Shown here piece by piece: positions 26,685 through 36,368 of a stretch of DNA of 64,000 bases. The DNA comes from Patescibacteria group bacterium. Lineage in GTDB: Bacteria > Patescibacteriota > Patescibacteriia > JBAZBY01. The DNA lies in the NCBI GenBank assembly GCA_041671225.1, contig JBAZBY010000001.1:690060-754059 (forward strand), written 5' to 3'. Positions within the stretch are counted from its first letter, which is position 1, and every line of letters starts with the position of its first letter. The notes under the pieces were generated by a model, which had not been told where the DNA came from, did not search any database, and was given only the letters and a program-made list of their open reading frames with translations. The translations under genes and the position numbers were made by a program.

Positions 26685-28424
26685 ATGACAACAAAGATTG
26701 CGCTTCTCGCTGCACTCGGACTCGTAGTGCTTTTTGGTGCCGGTCTCGGTGTGGGGTATGTGCTTTTTGCCGATAATGAGCCTGTTCAGGAGACGGTAAA
26801 CATCAACGGACCCATAAGCGTTGCTGATACCGTCGAGACGAATGAAAATGTGAATCTCGCGCTTGCCGATGAGACGGACGTGAGCCCTTATGAAGAAGAA
26901 ATCACCGTTGATGAAGATATCAAACCGTTTCCGTCCGAGCCCGTGGAGGGGGATGACAGCGTGACGGATATTCCCGCAATGGATATTTTTGATCCGGTGG
27001 CGGAGTTTAATTACGGGCAGTATGAGCGGGAAAACGCGCGTTTTTACAGCGCAGGTACCGTTGAAAGCGGCGCGTATGCCGGTGGAGAAATGGTTCTTCT
27101 GGTATTTTATCCCGAGGGTCCGGTTTTTTATCCGACGATGGCGCGCTTTGTGCGTGACGGCGATGAGTTGACTTTACTTTCCCTGCATTCCTCAGGCTGG
27201 CTGGATATTCTCGACGACAGCAAGTTCACAACGGATTCTCAAACGCTGCTGCCGGAATACAATTATCCGGCGGTTCTGCTCGGGCCGGATCAGCGGCAGA
27301 TCCTCCGCCTCGACACAGATGTGCAGGCCTTCTTTGATCCGGCCGGACTGGAAGTTGCGTTTACCGATGAAACCTGGGGGCCGGTATACCGGGCAAACGG
27401 AAGCAACACCGCGGAGAATATTTATGCCAAGAACGGTTTTTATCTGAACGCGCCGGACGGCACAGTGCGCGTCTACGGGCTTGATGTGGATTTTCAGGAT
27501 GAGAACGATATTCTGAACATCACCTGGAATAACGGCGAACGGAGTTATTGGGCATATTCCATCGGTGATGTGGGCGGCTGCGGATTGCAGAACTATATCT
27601 CCGTGATTGATGACGGATCAGTGGTGATTGAGCGCGACCTGGTGAAAACCGGAACGTCCAATTTTGGTGATGTGATATACGAGTATGCGGATTCCGATGC
27701 CGCATTCCTGCATGATTGGTATGAGAACGGGTATTGGGGGCAATGGAATGACGTGACGCAGGATTTGGAGAAAGATACCTATGAGAATTATCTCGTCATG
27801 CACCCTTTCATTTTCTGGGTGGATCCGTTTGACCGTCTTGTCCGCGCAATGAATAGCGCATTCCTGCCTGCTGCGGAATGCGGCAAGCCGGTTATTTACC
27901 TTTATCCGGATAAGCCCACATCCGTGCAGGTGACCGTTGAGCCAAAAGGAGGGTTCTCATACACCGACCCGGCATATAATGATGGCTGGCAGGTGACCGC
28001 TGATGCTGATGGCCGCCTCTGGAACAGCGACGGTACCGTCTATCCGTATCTCTTTTGGGAAGGTCGGGGAGCCGCACTCTATGACACTCCAGACCGCGGA
28101 TTTGTGGTGGCGCAGCAAGATGTTGACGGGTTCCTGAGCGAAAAACTCACCGCATTGGGCCTCCGCGGACGGGAGATCACGGACTTCAAGGAATTCTGGC
28201 TTCCCCGCATGCAGGAAAAACCGTGGTATTTTGTGACCTTCCTTGGGAATCAGGCGATGGAGACGCTTGCGCCGCTCACGGTCACACCAGCACCAGACAC
28301 AGTGATCCGTGTGCTCATGGACTTTACCGCACTTGATGCGCCGATTTCTGCAGAGCCTTATACCATTCATACGCCGGAGCGCAAAGGATTCACGGTTATT
28401 GAGTGGGGCGGCGTACTGCGGTAG
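26685..28424 (+). CDS. hypothetical exported protein (579 aa)
   Basis: signal anchor 'IALLAALGLVVLFGAGLGVGYVLF'; acidic, Trp/Tyr-rich; no known domain. Confidence 0.6.
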   Translation: MTTKIALLAALGLVVLFGAGLGVGYVLFADNEPVQETVNINGPISVADTVETNENVNLALADETDVSPYEEEITVDEDIKPFPSEPVEGDDSVTDIPAMDIFDPVAEFNYGQYERENARFYSAGTVESGAYAGGEMVLLVFYPEGPVFYPTMARFVRDGDELTLLSLHSSGWLDILDDSKFTTDSQTLLPEYNYPAVLLGPDQRQILRLDTDVQAFFDPAGLEVAFTDETWGPVYRANGSNTAENIYAKNGFYLNAPDGTVRVYGLDVDFQDENDILNITWNNGERSYWAYSIGDVGGCGLQNYISVIDDGSVVIERDLVKTGTSNFGDVIYEYADSDAAFLHDWYENGYWGQWNDVTQDLEKDTYENYLVMHPFIFWVDPFDRLVRAMNSAFLPAAECGKPVIYLYPDKPTSVQVTVEPKGGFSYTDPAYNDGWQVTADADGRLWNSDGTVYPYLFWEGRGAALYDTPDRGFVVAQQDVDGFLSEKLTALGLRGREITDFKEFWLPRMQEKPWYFVTFLGNQAMETLAPLTVTPAPDTVIRVLMDFTALDAPISAEPYTIHTPERKGFTVIEWGGVLR

Positions 28425-28598
28425 GACTCGTGATACTCAAAACGACAACCCGCTCACTCATTGGGCGGGTTTTGGTTTGGCAGAAGTGGATAACTACCAC
28501 GTTCTTTCTCTTGACAGTGCATTCGTCGGGTATACACTTGAACTATCACTGGTGGCGAAGTGCTCATTTTGAGCGCGCCACTCGTTTTATATAAAGAT

Positions 28599-30194
28599 AT
28601 GGGATCAATGAGTAAGAAGCATCTTTACCAGCAACCAGCCGTATTGCTTACTTTGTGCATCGCCGTTGCCTTTTTTATTGCTGCTGTATATTCTGCTCGT
28701 CCAAATAATAAGCAGAATACAAATGAGACCCCTTCAGTCAATGATGTCAGTGTTTCTGAAAATGAAGTTTATAAAGTTTTTCCATATGCGGAATACTTTG
28801 ATCCTACTGTCGCCGAGCGCATTGTTTTTCAGAACATTCGTCTGCTCTTACCTCAGGGATATGAGTATTCCTTGAAAGCTGGGAGTGTACCGGTATTACG
28901 TATGTATCCGACAGAAGATCCAACGGCAGTAGCACAGCTTACACTCAGTGAAAAACTGCCGGAGCACGCCGTGGATGGATTCGCGACATCTCAGGATAAT
29001 TTTTGTTCTAGAGATGAGAGAAATTTTGGCCTAACGTGGTTTCGGGGGATTTTAGAGAGGAATATTGTTCCTTATCAATTTGCGTGGGAGCGGAATGATG
29101 TTCCGGATAAGTATATCTGGGCAGGGAAGTCTAGCGGGCAGACCTATGTGTATTCTTTTTCAGACACGGAATATGCTGGTTACTTCGTAGCTATTGGTGA
29201 ACAGATCCAGCCTGGAGGAGTAGCATTCGTTGACGTGACCGATGAATCTCTTGGAGTGAAATATACATTTCCTGAAAATTGGATAAAAGATGAAGAAAAC
29301 ATTCCGGATCGATTTCTTAGTGATATTGATTCTTATCGGTATCGGCATGTTGCTTCACATGGGTTTTTGTCTCCGGAATGGAAGTCGCGCGGTCATTCAG
29401 CCGTTTGCACTTTGTCAGTATTTGAAAATGCGGATGGCTTATCGCCGGAAGCGTGGGCAGAGAGCAGCGGTATTTATTCGGAAAAATATTGGTCTCGTGA
29501 TCGATCAGTGGGAGAGGTCAATAATTTGGATGCATATTTTGTTATTGAATGGGGGCAAATGCAAGGTGAGGAAGCAATGACGGGGACTTCAGATTCTCGG
29601 TATCTTGCATTCGCTGGTCACATATTGCGCTTTTCGGAATATACAGGTTTAACACAGGACTTCTCAGATGAGGATAATGATCTACTTCAGAGCGAGATAT
29701 CTCTTTGCGATGAAATACGTGATTCATTCCAGGACACGAAACGCGGAGTGATCAATGATGGCGGTTTACAGCGCTACCATAATGAACGTTTCAGGACGAG
29801 CTTTGTTATTTCCAAGGATCTGCGTTTATTGCGCGATAACGGACATGAAGCTGTTCTCATACTAGCGTCAGAGAATATTGGCGCGGCTGGCGATTATGAA
29901 GGGCCAATGATACGCATTAATTGGTATCGTACGGATGAAACTCCTCGCGCGTGGCTTGAAAAGAAATTCAATGAAACAGATCCTCAGGTAGTTGATTCGT
30001 TAGTAGATTTTTCTTCTGGAACGATCAATGGTGTGCAGTATGATCTTGAATACGAATATGGTGCAATGCACACATTACGTGAAAGAGTATTTCGCTCTGG
30101 TAAATTTATAGTGGATGTACTTAACCTCGACACACAGAATGTCGAGTTAACCTCGGGTACAGAACAGATTTTAGATACGTTTCAAATACTTTAA
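28599..30194 (+). CDS. hypothetical exported protein (about 530 aa)
   Basis: signal anchor 'AVLLTLCIAVAFFIAAVYSA'; ATG at 28599. Confidence 0.55.
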   Translation: MGSMSKKHLYQQPAVLLTLCIAVAFFIAAVYSARPNNKQNTNETPSVNDVSVSENEVYKVFPYAEYFDPTVAERIVFQNIRLLLPQGYEYSLKAGSVPVLRMYPTEDPTAVAQLTLSEKLPEHAVDGFATSQDNFCSRDERNFGLTWFRGILERNIVPYQFAWERNDVPDKYIWAGKSSGQTYVYSFSDTEYAGYFVAIGEQIQPGGVAFVDVTDESLGVKYTFPENWIKDEENIPDRFLSDIDSYRYRHVASHGFLSPEWKSRGHSAVCTLSVFENADGLSPEAWAESSGIYSEKYWSRDRSVGEVNNLDAYFVIEWGQMQGEEAMTGTSDSRYLAFAGHILRFSEYTGLTQDFSDEDNDLLQSEISLCDEIRDSFQDTKRGVINDGGLQRYHNERFRTSFVISKDLRLLRDNGHEAVLILASENIGAAGDYEGPMIRINWYRTDETPRAWLEKKFNETDPQVVDSLVDFSSGTINGVQYDLEYEYGAMHTLRERVFRSGKFIVDVLNLDTQNVELTSGTEQILDTFQIL

Positions 30195-30196
30195 AT

Positions 30197-31300
30197 ATGC
30201 AATCAACACCCGTCAGTCCAAAAAAACCAATGAGCCCGATGCCATGGATTGTCCTTGGTATTGTGATTGTTCTTGCTGCCGTAGGTTTGTGGTATGTGGT
30301 TGGGCAGGGGAATGGGGCGGATGAGAATGCGAATATTGCTGTGGTAAATACCAATACGACAGGCAATCAAAATGTGAGCATAGTCAATATTAATGCAACA
30401 GTTGATACGAGTGGGTGGGTGACACACACTAATACGCAACTTGGTTTTACGATAAAACATCCTCAAAACTGGACAGCAAGAATTGTTGGTAGTGAACCGG
30501 AATTAAATCAACAGGAGGCGGATTCGGTCTTGTCAGAGGGGCAGTGTGCCGAGGGCGAGGTATGCGAAATATCAGAGGGGTACTGTACTATTACCATTGG
30601 TCAACTGCCATATCCCTTCACTTCAGAAAAAAATATAGACCTCGTTCTTGATGATTTGAGGACGCGTGCGCGCTCCCCAATCGTAGAGGTGACATTCCCA
30701 AATTTTTCCGGATATGTTACCGACACCGCGGCAAGTCCCCCTGATGAAAATGGTGATCAACTACTGGGGAAATATTATCTTCTTCAGCTTAATAATCAAG
30801 TTCTCCACGCCATATTGGGCACGGGTTATTTGCGAGAGGATTGTAGGAATGCACTGCACGATATTCTTTCAACATTCAGTACAGACTTAGTAGTCGGCTT
30901 CGATGCCGGTGACTTGGTGACATATATCAATCAGGAGCATCAATATTCTTTTCAGTACCCCCCAACACTAACCGTTCAGGACTATACGAGTTTAAGCTTA
31001 TCAGACAACGATAAGCTTGTTAGTCGCATCTTAGTTCCCGTTGCGGAAGGCGACTATTTCATCGAAGTTACAAAATATAGCGGTACGCTTGACGAAGTGA
31101 AAGAAGCACTTCGCAATCGTACTGCAAATGCGATATGGTTGCCTGGTACTCTTGATATGCAGGAGGCAGAATACACACGGCGGTCATATAATCTTGATGA
31201 GTCATTTTTTGAGTACATATATCTTGTCTCACGAGAGAAGTACGTTTTTGTGGTTTCAGTTTTTGATCAGAGCATCCTTAATACTTTTCATTTTCTGTAA
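30197..31300 (+). CDS. hypothetical exported protein (367 aa)
   Basis: signal anchor 'WIVLGIVIVLAAVGLWYVV'. Confidence 0.55.
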   Translation: MQSTPVSPKKPMSPMPWIVLGIVIVLAAVGLWYVVGQGNGADENANIAVVNTNTTGNQNVSIVNINATVDTSGWVTHTNTQLGFTIKHPQNWTARIVGSEPELNQQEADSVLSEGQCAEGEVCEISEGYCTITIGQLPYPFTSEKNIDLVLDDLRTRARSPIVEVTFPNFSGYVTDTAASPPDENGDQLLGKYYLLQLNNQVLHAILGTGYLREDCRNALHDILSTFSTDLVVGFDAGDLVTYINQEHQYSFQYPPTLTVQDYTSLSLSDNDKLVSRILVPVAEGDYFIEVTKYSGTLDEVKEALRNRTANAIWLPGTLDMQEAEYTRRSYNLDESFFEYIYLVSREKYVFVVSVFDQSILNTFHFL

Positions 31301-31378
31301 TCTGTGTGGTCTATCTTCCTTCCGCGTTGAACATTTCAACTCGGAAGTGAGGTAGTTGTTCTCTGACAACTCTTCCGG

Positions 31379-33181
31379 GTGTTTACGCCCAGAAAGGCGG
31401 ATGCAGTGTTGCGCATTCTGATCACGGTCGTTGCGCTGGTTCTGTCAGCTGGAACTGCACAAGCGGCCAAGGTTCTCTGGTTTCCCTTCGACTACCCGAT
31501 CTCCGTCACCTGTGGGTTTGGGTGCTACACAGTACCCATCCATCATGACGGTGTGGATTACTCCTGCCCTGAAGGGACCTCCCTCTACGCCGCGATTGGT
31601 GGAACGGTAAAGAAGGTGGTGAACTCCGTATCGGGCCAGGTGTGCAGTTCACCGAATTTCGGCAACTACGTGCTCATTGAGAACACGCAGTATGGCGTTC
31701 AGGTGATCGAGGCACACATGCTGGCAGGCTCCATTACCGTTGTTGAAGGGCAGGTGATCACCGCAGGCCAGTACATCGGCAAATCCAGCAATTCTGGATA
31801 CACGATGACGCTGGTCAACGGGGTCTACAAATGCGGATATGGCGGAGGTCATCACCTTCACCTTGAGACGCGCGTTCTCATCAACGGCAGGTGGGTTGCG
31901 GTGGATCCCTATATCTATAATGGAGGGCTCTGGACCAGCCCCCTCCAGTACGGGAACGATTCCAACTGCACCCTCGCTTCCTCCTCCGAGGCGAAGTCCC
32001 AGATCACGGCGTGCCGGAACAGGAACACCTGGCTCGGCAGCGCGACCTCGGGATTCCACCAGTGGAAGCCCTCGGGCGGCAACGGCAAGTGGGTCTACAT
32101 CATCGATTACCAGAAGGGGTCCGTGGTGTTTGACGCTCTTGGCGGTGCGGAGAAGGCATATGCCGTGAGTAGCTACATGCTCGGTTGTTGGGCCGCGGAT
32201 CACGGTTGCGCTGGTTCTCGGCTCGGTTGTCCGATCACTGAACGCTACGCCTGGAACGGTGGGCTGCGCATGGACTGGAACTACGGGTATACATTTGAGA
32301 AGGCCGGCATTTCCTGCGGTCCCATCAAGTGGGGTACGGCGGGCTATTACGGCCCTGGCACGTTTGCGGGCTACGCCATCGATTGCCAGGCGACGTACAA
32401 GTTCGCTGCGTGCTATGCGCGTCATGGCGTTGGGAAGCTCGGGTATCCCGCGTCGGGAAATGGAATTCTGCCGTACGTGCATACCATCGGCAGCAATCCC
32501 AACATCCTCGCGCAGGATTTCAAGGGTGACCAGTGGGACAATGTTGTGCTGCTCTACGACCGTGAAGCGCCGCAGTATGCGAGCATCGTCGCATCCTTCT
32601 GCCCGTCACCCAACACGCCGGATCAGGCAAGCGAACTTCATGGCGGTTTCCGCGGCTACTGGGAAGCGAACGGTCGCTTCAGCACCATCGGCGTTCCGTT
32701 CACGGATGAAGTGCCGGTTTTCGGTAAGCCGTGGATCGTCTACCAGCGGTTCATCCGGCGATCCGGAAGCAACTGGGTCGCGTGCGAGCTCCGTTACTAC
32801 CCGAATGGCAGTGTGTCGAAAGCCACGCTGTTCACGAAGGCGGTTACCGTAAGCTCTGTCGACGTTGAAATTGACATCGTGGACGACACGCAGGAAAGCC
32901 CTGCGCCTCGCCCGGTGCTTCTCCTCAGCCCCAACCCGACGGCAGGCAGCAGCACCATCCAGTTCTCCCTTCCCACCGAGGGACAGGTTGCACTGCAGGT
33001 GTTTGATATCGCTGGCCGGCTGGTGGCCACGCTCCTGGACGAAACGCGTCCAAGCGGAGAATACCAGATTTCCTGGGATGGAAAGGACGGACAGGGCAAT
33101 GCGGCGGCAAGCGGAATCTACTTCGTTCGTCTCGCAACTCCTTCCTTCCAGACCACCAAGCGTCTCGTGGTACTCCGTTAG
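31379..33181 (+). CDS. M23 (LytM-type) metallopeptidase with a C-terminal T9SS-type sorting domain
   Basis: signal peptide; 'HHDGVDY...GNYVLIEN...GHHLHLE' (HxxxD/HxH); large Trp/Gly/Tyr-rich middle region; last about 85 aa 'LLLSPNPTAGSSTIQFSLPTEGQVALQVFDIAGRLVATLLDE...GEYQISWDGKDGQGNAAASGIYFVRLATPSFQTTKRLVVLR' match the Por/T9SS C-terminal domain pattern; GTG start. Confidence 0.75.
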   Translation: MFTPRKADAVLRILITVVALVLSAGTAQAAKVLWFPFDYPISVTCGFGCYTVPIHHDGVDYSCPEGTSLYAAIGGTVKKVVNSVSGQVCSSPNFGNYVLIENTQYGVQVIEAHMLAGSITVVEGQVITAGQYIGKSSNSGYTMTLVNGVYKCGYGGGHHLHLETRVLINGRWVAVDPYIYNGGLWTSPLQYGNDSNCTLASSSEAKSQITACRNRNTWLGSATSGFHQWKPSGGNGKWVYIIDYQKGSVVFDALGGAEKAYAVSSYMLGCWAADHGCAGSRLGCPITERYAWNGGLRMDWNYGYTFEKAGISCGPIKWGTAGYYGPGTFAGYAIDCQATYKFAACYARHGVGKLGYPASGNGILPYVHTIGSNPNILAQDFKGDQWDNVVLLYDREAPQYASIVASFCPSPNTPDQASELHGGFRGYWEANGRFSTIGVPFTDEVPVFGKPWIVYQRFIRRSGSNWVACELRYYPNGSVSKATLFTKAVTVSSVDVEIDIVDDTQESPAPRPVLLLSPNPTAGSSTIQFSLPTEGQVALQVFDIAGRLVATLLDETRPSGEYQISWDGKDGQGNAAASGIYFVRLATPSFQTTKRLVVLR

Positions 33182-33282
33182 ATCCGCCAGCGCCCCTTGG
33201 CGCAGGCAGAAGCTCCTTCACTCTCAACCCCGGGGTGTGCCGTGACCTTTCCAGGTCTCTGGCCACGACGCACCCCCCTTTT

Positions 33283-33370
33283 TTCCGCTCTCCCGAGCGG
33301 TGGCAGCCGGGAGGTCAGAAATTCGTCTGGTTTCTAGCATAAGGTGGCTTGCACCTTGACAGCGGTCGTC
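33283..33370. promoter_or_regulatory. conserved upstream box (family copy 2): ttccgctctcccgagcggtggcagccgggaggtcagaaattcgtctggtttctagcataaggtggcttgcaccttgacagcggtcg
   Basis: see 24049-24130; contains TTGACA. Confidence 0.4.
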
Positions 33371-33407
33371 TCTTTTGGAGGCGGCCAAGAACAGAAGGAG
33401 ATAGACG

Positions 33408-34079
33408 ATGAAGCGGTTTATCCTGCTCATCACGCTCATCGTCGTTTCTTTGGTGTTCGCGGCAGCGCCCATCAACGCGCAGCAGCCCATCCAAGAGACG
33501 ACCTGGGGGAGGATCAAAGTTCAGTATGGGGAGCAGACCCATTTGGATCGGCCCAATACTCTGGATCCGAAAAGCATCGGAGCATACACGGCAATCGCCT
33601 GGCCGTTCCCCTGGGAGAGCCCGAACGACTGGCGCGGCGATGAAGGTGATCGTACGGACGGTGGTTGGTATAACTCGCGATGTGCCGGCTGGATTCCGAC
33701 GCACAGCGGTGCCGATCACTATGCTCGCGACCTTTCGCGGAGGTACAAGTCCACGGCTGGCGCGCGCGTCTACGCCGGACTTACCGCGAAGGTCGTGAAA
33801 ATCGAGAAGTATGGCGCCGGGTGGAGCGTCGTACTGTACTATCCGAAACAGCGACTGTGCATACGCTACGCCCACATGGACGGCATCGTCGTGAACGTTG
33901 GTTGGACTGTGTCCATGCGGCAGTACCTTGGATACGTTCTTGACCAGGGGAGTGGGTCTCACCTGCATCTGGTCGTTTATGAGAATGTGCCGGAGGGTTC
34001 AAACGGCTTCCCCGCGTATATTCCGAGCGTCTGTAACAGGGACACGTGGCACGCCTGCCGGGTCTACTTCTTCTCCTGA
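33408..34079 (+). CDS. secreted M23-family peptidase (small)
   Basis: signal peptide 'LLITLIVVSLVFAAAPINAQ'; 'HSGADHYARD' (HxxxD) and 'GSHLHLV' (HxH). Confidence 0.6.
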   Translation: MKRFILLITLIVVSLVFAAAPINAQQPIQETTWGRIKVQYGEQTHLDRPNTLDPKSIGAYTAIAWPFPWESPNDWRGDEGDRTDGGWYNSRCAGWIPTHSGADHYARDLSRRYKSTAGARVYAGLTAKVVKIEKYGAGWSVVLYYPKQRLCIRYAHMDGIVVNVGWTVSMRQYLGYVLDQGSGSHLHLVVYENVPEGSNGFPAYIPSVCNRDTWHACRVYFFS

Positions 34080-34153
34080 TGATCACGCGGGCGCCTCGGA
34101 AGCAAGGTCTTATCTTCTGAGGCGCCCGCACATAATTCCTACGATATATTTCT

Positions 34154-34738
34154 ATGAATCATATATTCAAAAAAATCAGCACGATACTTTTTTTTGTCAT
34201 TCTTTTATTTATTGCCACATGGTTTGTTTTTCAGGATCAAAGTAAGAATACAGGGGGAAAAAAGGACAGGTGGTCATCAGATGGTCTTGGTTTTCGGGTT
34301 CTGCTTCCAGAAACACTAGTTTTTTTTGACACATCCTCGCGTCAAATGGATGATGGCGAGATTCAAACCGTATCCTTCATTATTGAAGGGAGTGCAGACC
34401 CTGCCGATCCGTATGTCCCGCCCTCGTTAATGGTTTCCGTTCTTCCGAGTATGGGGCGCACTGCATCATTTTGGGCTGATCGCAAGATTTTTGGGGGATA
34501 CCCAGAGGGTACCGTTGTGTCTGATCGCATAGCCTCCTCAATTGCGAGAGAGGATTGTGTACAGCAAAAGGAGGGCATCAACGCAGGCATGCCAACTGAA
34601 CAAACCCTGATGCATGTTCATTATTGCGTTCACGATGATCAACTGTATATGCTTGGAATTCTTGCGAACACGGAATCTATGTTTTCCACTTTTGAAAATC
34701 TTGAGAAGGACTTCGTTCGGGATTTTGAATTCCTCTAG
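34154..34738 (+). CDS. hypothetical membrane-anchored protein
   Basis: signal anchor; no motif. Confidence 0.5.
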   Translation: MNHIFKKISTILFFVILLFIATWFVFQDQSKNTGGKKDRWSSDGLGFRVLLPETLVFFDTSSRQMDDGEIQTVSFIIEGSADPADPYVPPSLMVSVLPSMGRTASFWADRKIFGGYPEGTVVSDRIASSIAREDCVQQKEGINAGMPTEQTLMHVHYCVHDDQLYMLGILANTESMFSTFENLEKDFVRDFEFL

Positions 34739-34785
34739 TTTTTAACACCTGTCCCCGAAGCAATTTCTGAACTATACTTTATCCT

Positions 34786-36147
34786 ATGAATAAGAACATC
34801 ATTCTTGTCAGCCTGGCAGGCATTATTGCTGTCGTGACACTGGGTATTTTTATGATGTCTTTTACGAGGACAGAAGAAGGCAACAATACAACAACGAACC
34901 AGACCCAGCGTGTGAACGCCGCTGAGACGACAAAACGCATTCCAAATACTTTGTTCGAAAATGAGGGTGCGCTTGTGAAGGTGAATTTTAAGGGTGAAGA
35001 TTATTTGTTTGCAACAAGTGTCTATAATATGTTACGTCCCGGATCAACAGGCTCCGAAGAACTTATCCTGCAAGGTGAAGAGTGGCAGCCGATTTTGTAT
35101 TCATCGCTTCATGCGAATGATGTTCTTTTTCCCGGAGGACCACTGCTCCGTTTTGATCAAAGAACGCAGGAGATCTCCGAAACCGTCTCTCGCGATGAGT
35201 ATTTTCTTCGTGTGTATAACATAGAAAATGGCAACCTTGAAAATACTATTAGCTATCACACGGGAGATACCATTTTGACCTCGGGGGTTGAGATTGAAGG
35301 CGACGTTAAATATACGAATGTTTCCAGCGACTATCTCGTTGATTTTGCGGTGGATGCTTCGAACAAAAAGATCTATATGCTCGTCGCGATAGATGGTTCC
35401 AGCGGTGCGCTCTGGGGTGATTCAACATCAGAATCTTCTGTGGAAATTATTGAGGTTGACGTCGTGAATGGTACCGCTGAGAGTATTGTCTCATTCACAA
35501 GTGAAAAAGCTACTCTCGTGCATGAGGATGAGGCCGATACATGGTTATTGCCAACAGAGATTCATTATGTTGAAGGAGCGGTGCTTCTTACATGGAGAAA
35601 TAAACTGGAACGTGTCGATCTTCTTACTGGAAACCGTCAGGACATTCTTTCCTTGACGCAGGAAGATTGGGATGCAAACCGACAACTATCCGTTGAGAGT
35701 AACCCAACTGGCACAGCGGCCATTATCTTTGATTCAGTGGGGTATATGACGAATGAGGAAGAAAGTTCAATTCGATTATTCAACGCAGCTGACCGTACTC
35801 TCTCGGTCATTGGCCCGCTTTCTGCTGATATTGTACAACAACATCCTATTTGGAATGACTCAGGTACGCAGATGGTTACGACATCAAATACGAGTTCCAC
35901 CATCTATCAAATATCACTCGAAAATAATACACTGACATCGCTTGATAACATGGTCGTTGAGAGGGTTTATGATTGGCTTCCGTCAGGCGAGTTATTGGTA
36001 AGTATTTTTGATGTGTACGAGGATCCTGATGAGATTCCGGAAACGGACAGTAACTATCGTTCACAATTTTATCTCTACAATTTGGAAACAGGGCTTGGAG
36101 CGTCGTTAGGGAATTATCGCAGCCCGCATTATTTCGGCAGGGTATAG
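34786..36147 (+). CDS. hypothetical exported protein (453 aa)
   Basis: signal anchor 'IILVSLAGIIAVVTLGIFMM'. Confidence 0.55.
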   Translation: MNKNIILVSLAGIIAVVTLGIFMMSFTRTEEGNNTTTNQTQRVNAAETTKRIPNTLFENEGALVKVNFKGEDYLFATSVYNMLRPGSTGSEELILQGEEWQPILYSSLHANDVLFPGGPLLRFDQRTQEISETVSRDEYFLRVYNIENGNLENTISYHTGDTILTSGVEIEGDVKYTNVSSDYLVDFAVDASNKKIYMLVAIDGSSGALWGDSTSESSVEIIEVDVVNGTAESIVSFTSEKATLVHEDEADTWLLPTEIHYVEGAVLLTWRNKLERVDLLTGNRQDILSLTQEDWDANRQLSVESNPTGTAAIIFDSVGYMTNEEESSIRLFNAADRTLSVIGPLSADIVQQHPIWNDSGTQMVTTSNTSSTIYQISLENNTLTSLDNMVVERVYDWLPSGELLVSIFDVYEDPDEIPETDSNYRSQFYLYNLETGLGASLGNYRSPHYFGRV

Positions 36148-36148
36148 C

Positions 36149-36190
36149 CTTCCGCTCTCCCTCCTAGCAGCCGGGAGGTCAGAAAGGCAA
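36149..36190. promoter_or_regulatory. partial copy (5' half) of the conserved upstream box: ttccgctctccctcctagcagccgggaggtcagaaaggcaatg
   Basis: matches 33283-33325. Confidence 0.35.
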
Positions 36191-36224
36191 TGTTTGAATG
36201 CGCTTTTGCGGTATTTTGGTTTTG

Positions 36225-36253
36225 TTGCGAATCCTAGCGGGAAGTGGTATAAT
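36225..36253 (+). promoter_or_regulatory. sigma70-like promoter: TTGCGA, 17-nt spacer, extended -10 TGgTATAAT
   Basis: about 115 nt upstream of the sensor-domain paralog array. Confidence 0.5.
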
Positions 36254-36368
36254 TTTTTTCAGAGAACAACTGAATTTTCTATACTCATGGAACCAGTAAT
36301 TGGGGCGGAGGGTTCCGGACTCACTTATTTCAATACCTATCCAAGGCCATAGCGGCTTTGTTTTTTGT

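Noticed and set aside
31649-33968. Long minus-strand ORFs (31649-32482, 33315-33968) antisense to the M23 peptidase genes
   Set aside because: GC-rich antisense artefacts. The plus-strand genes have catalytic motifs and signal peptides.
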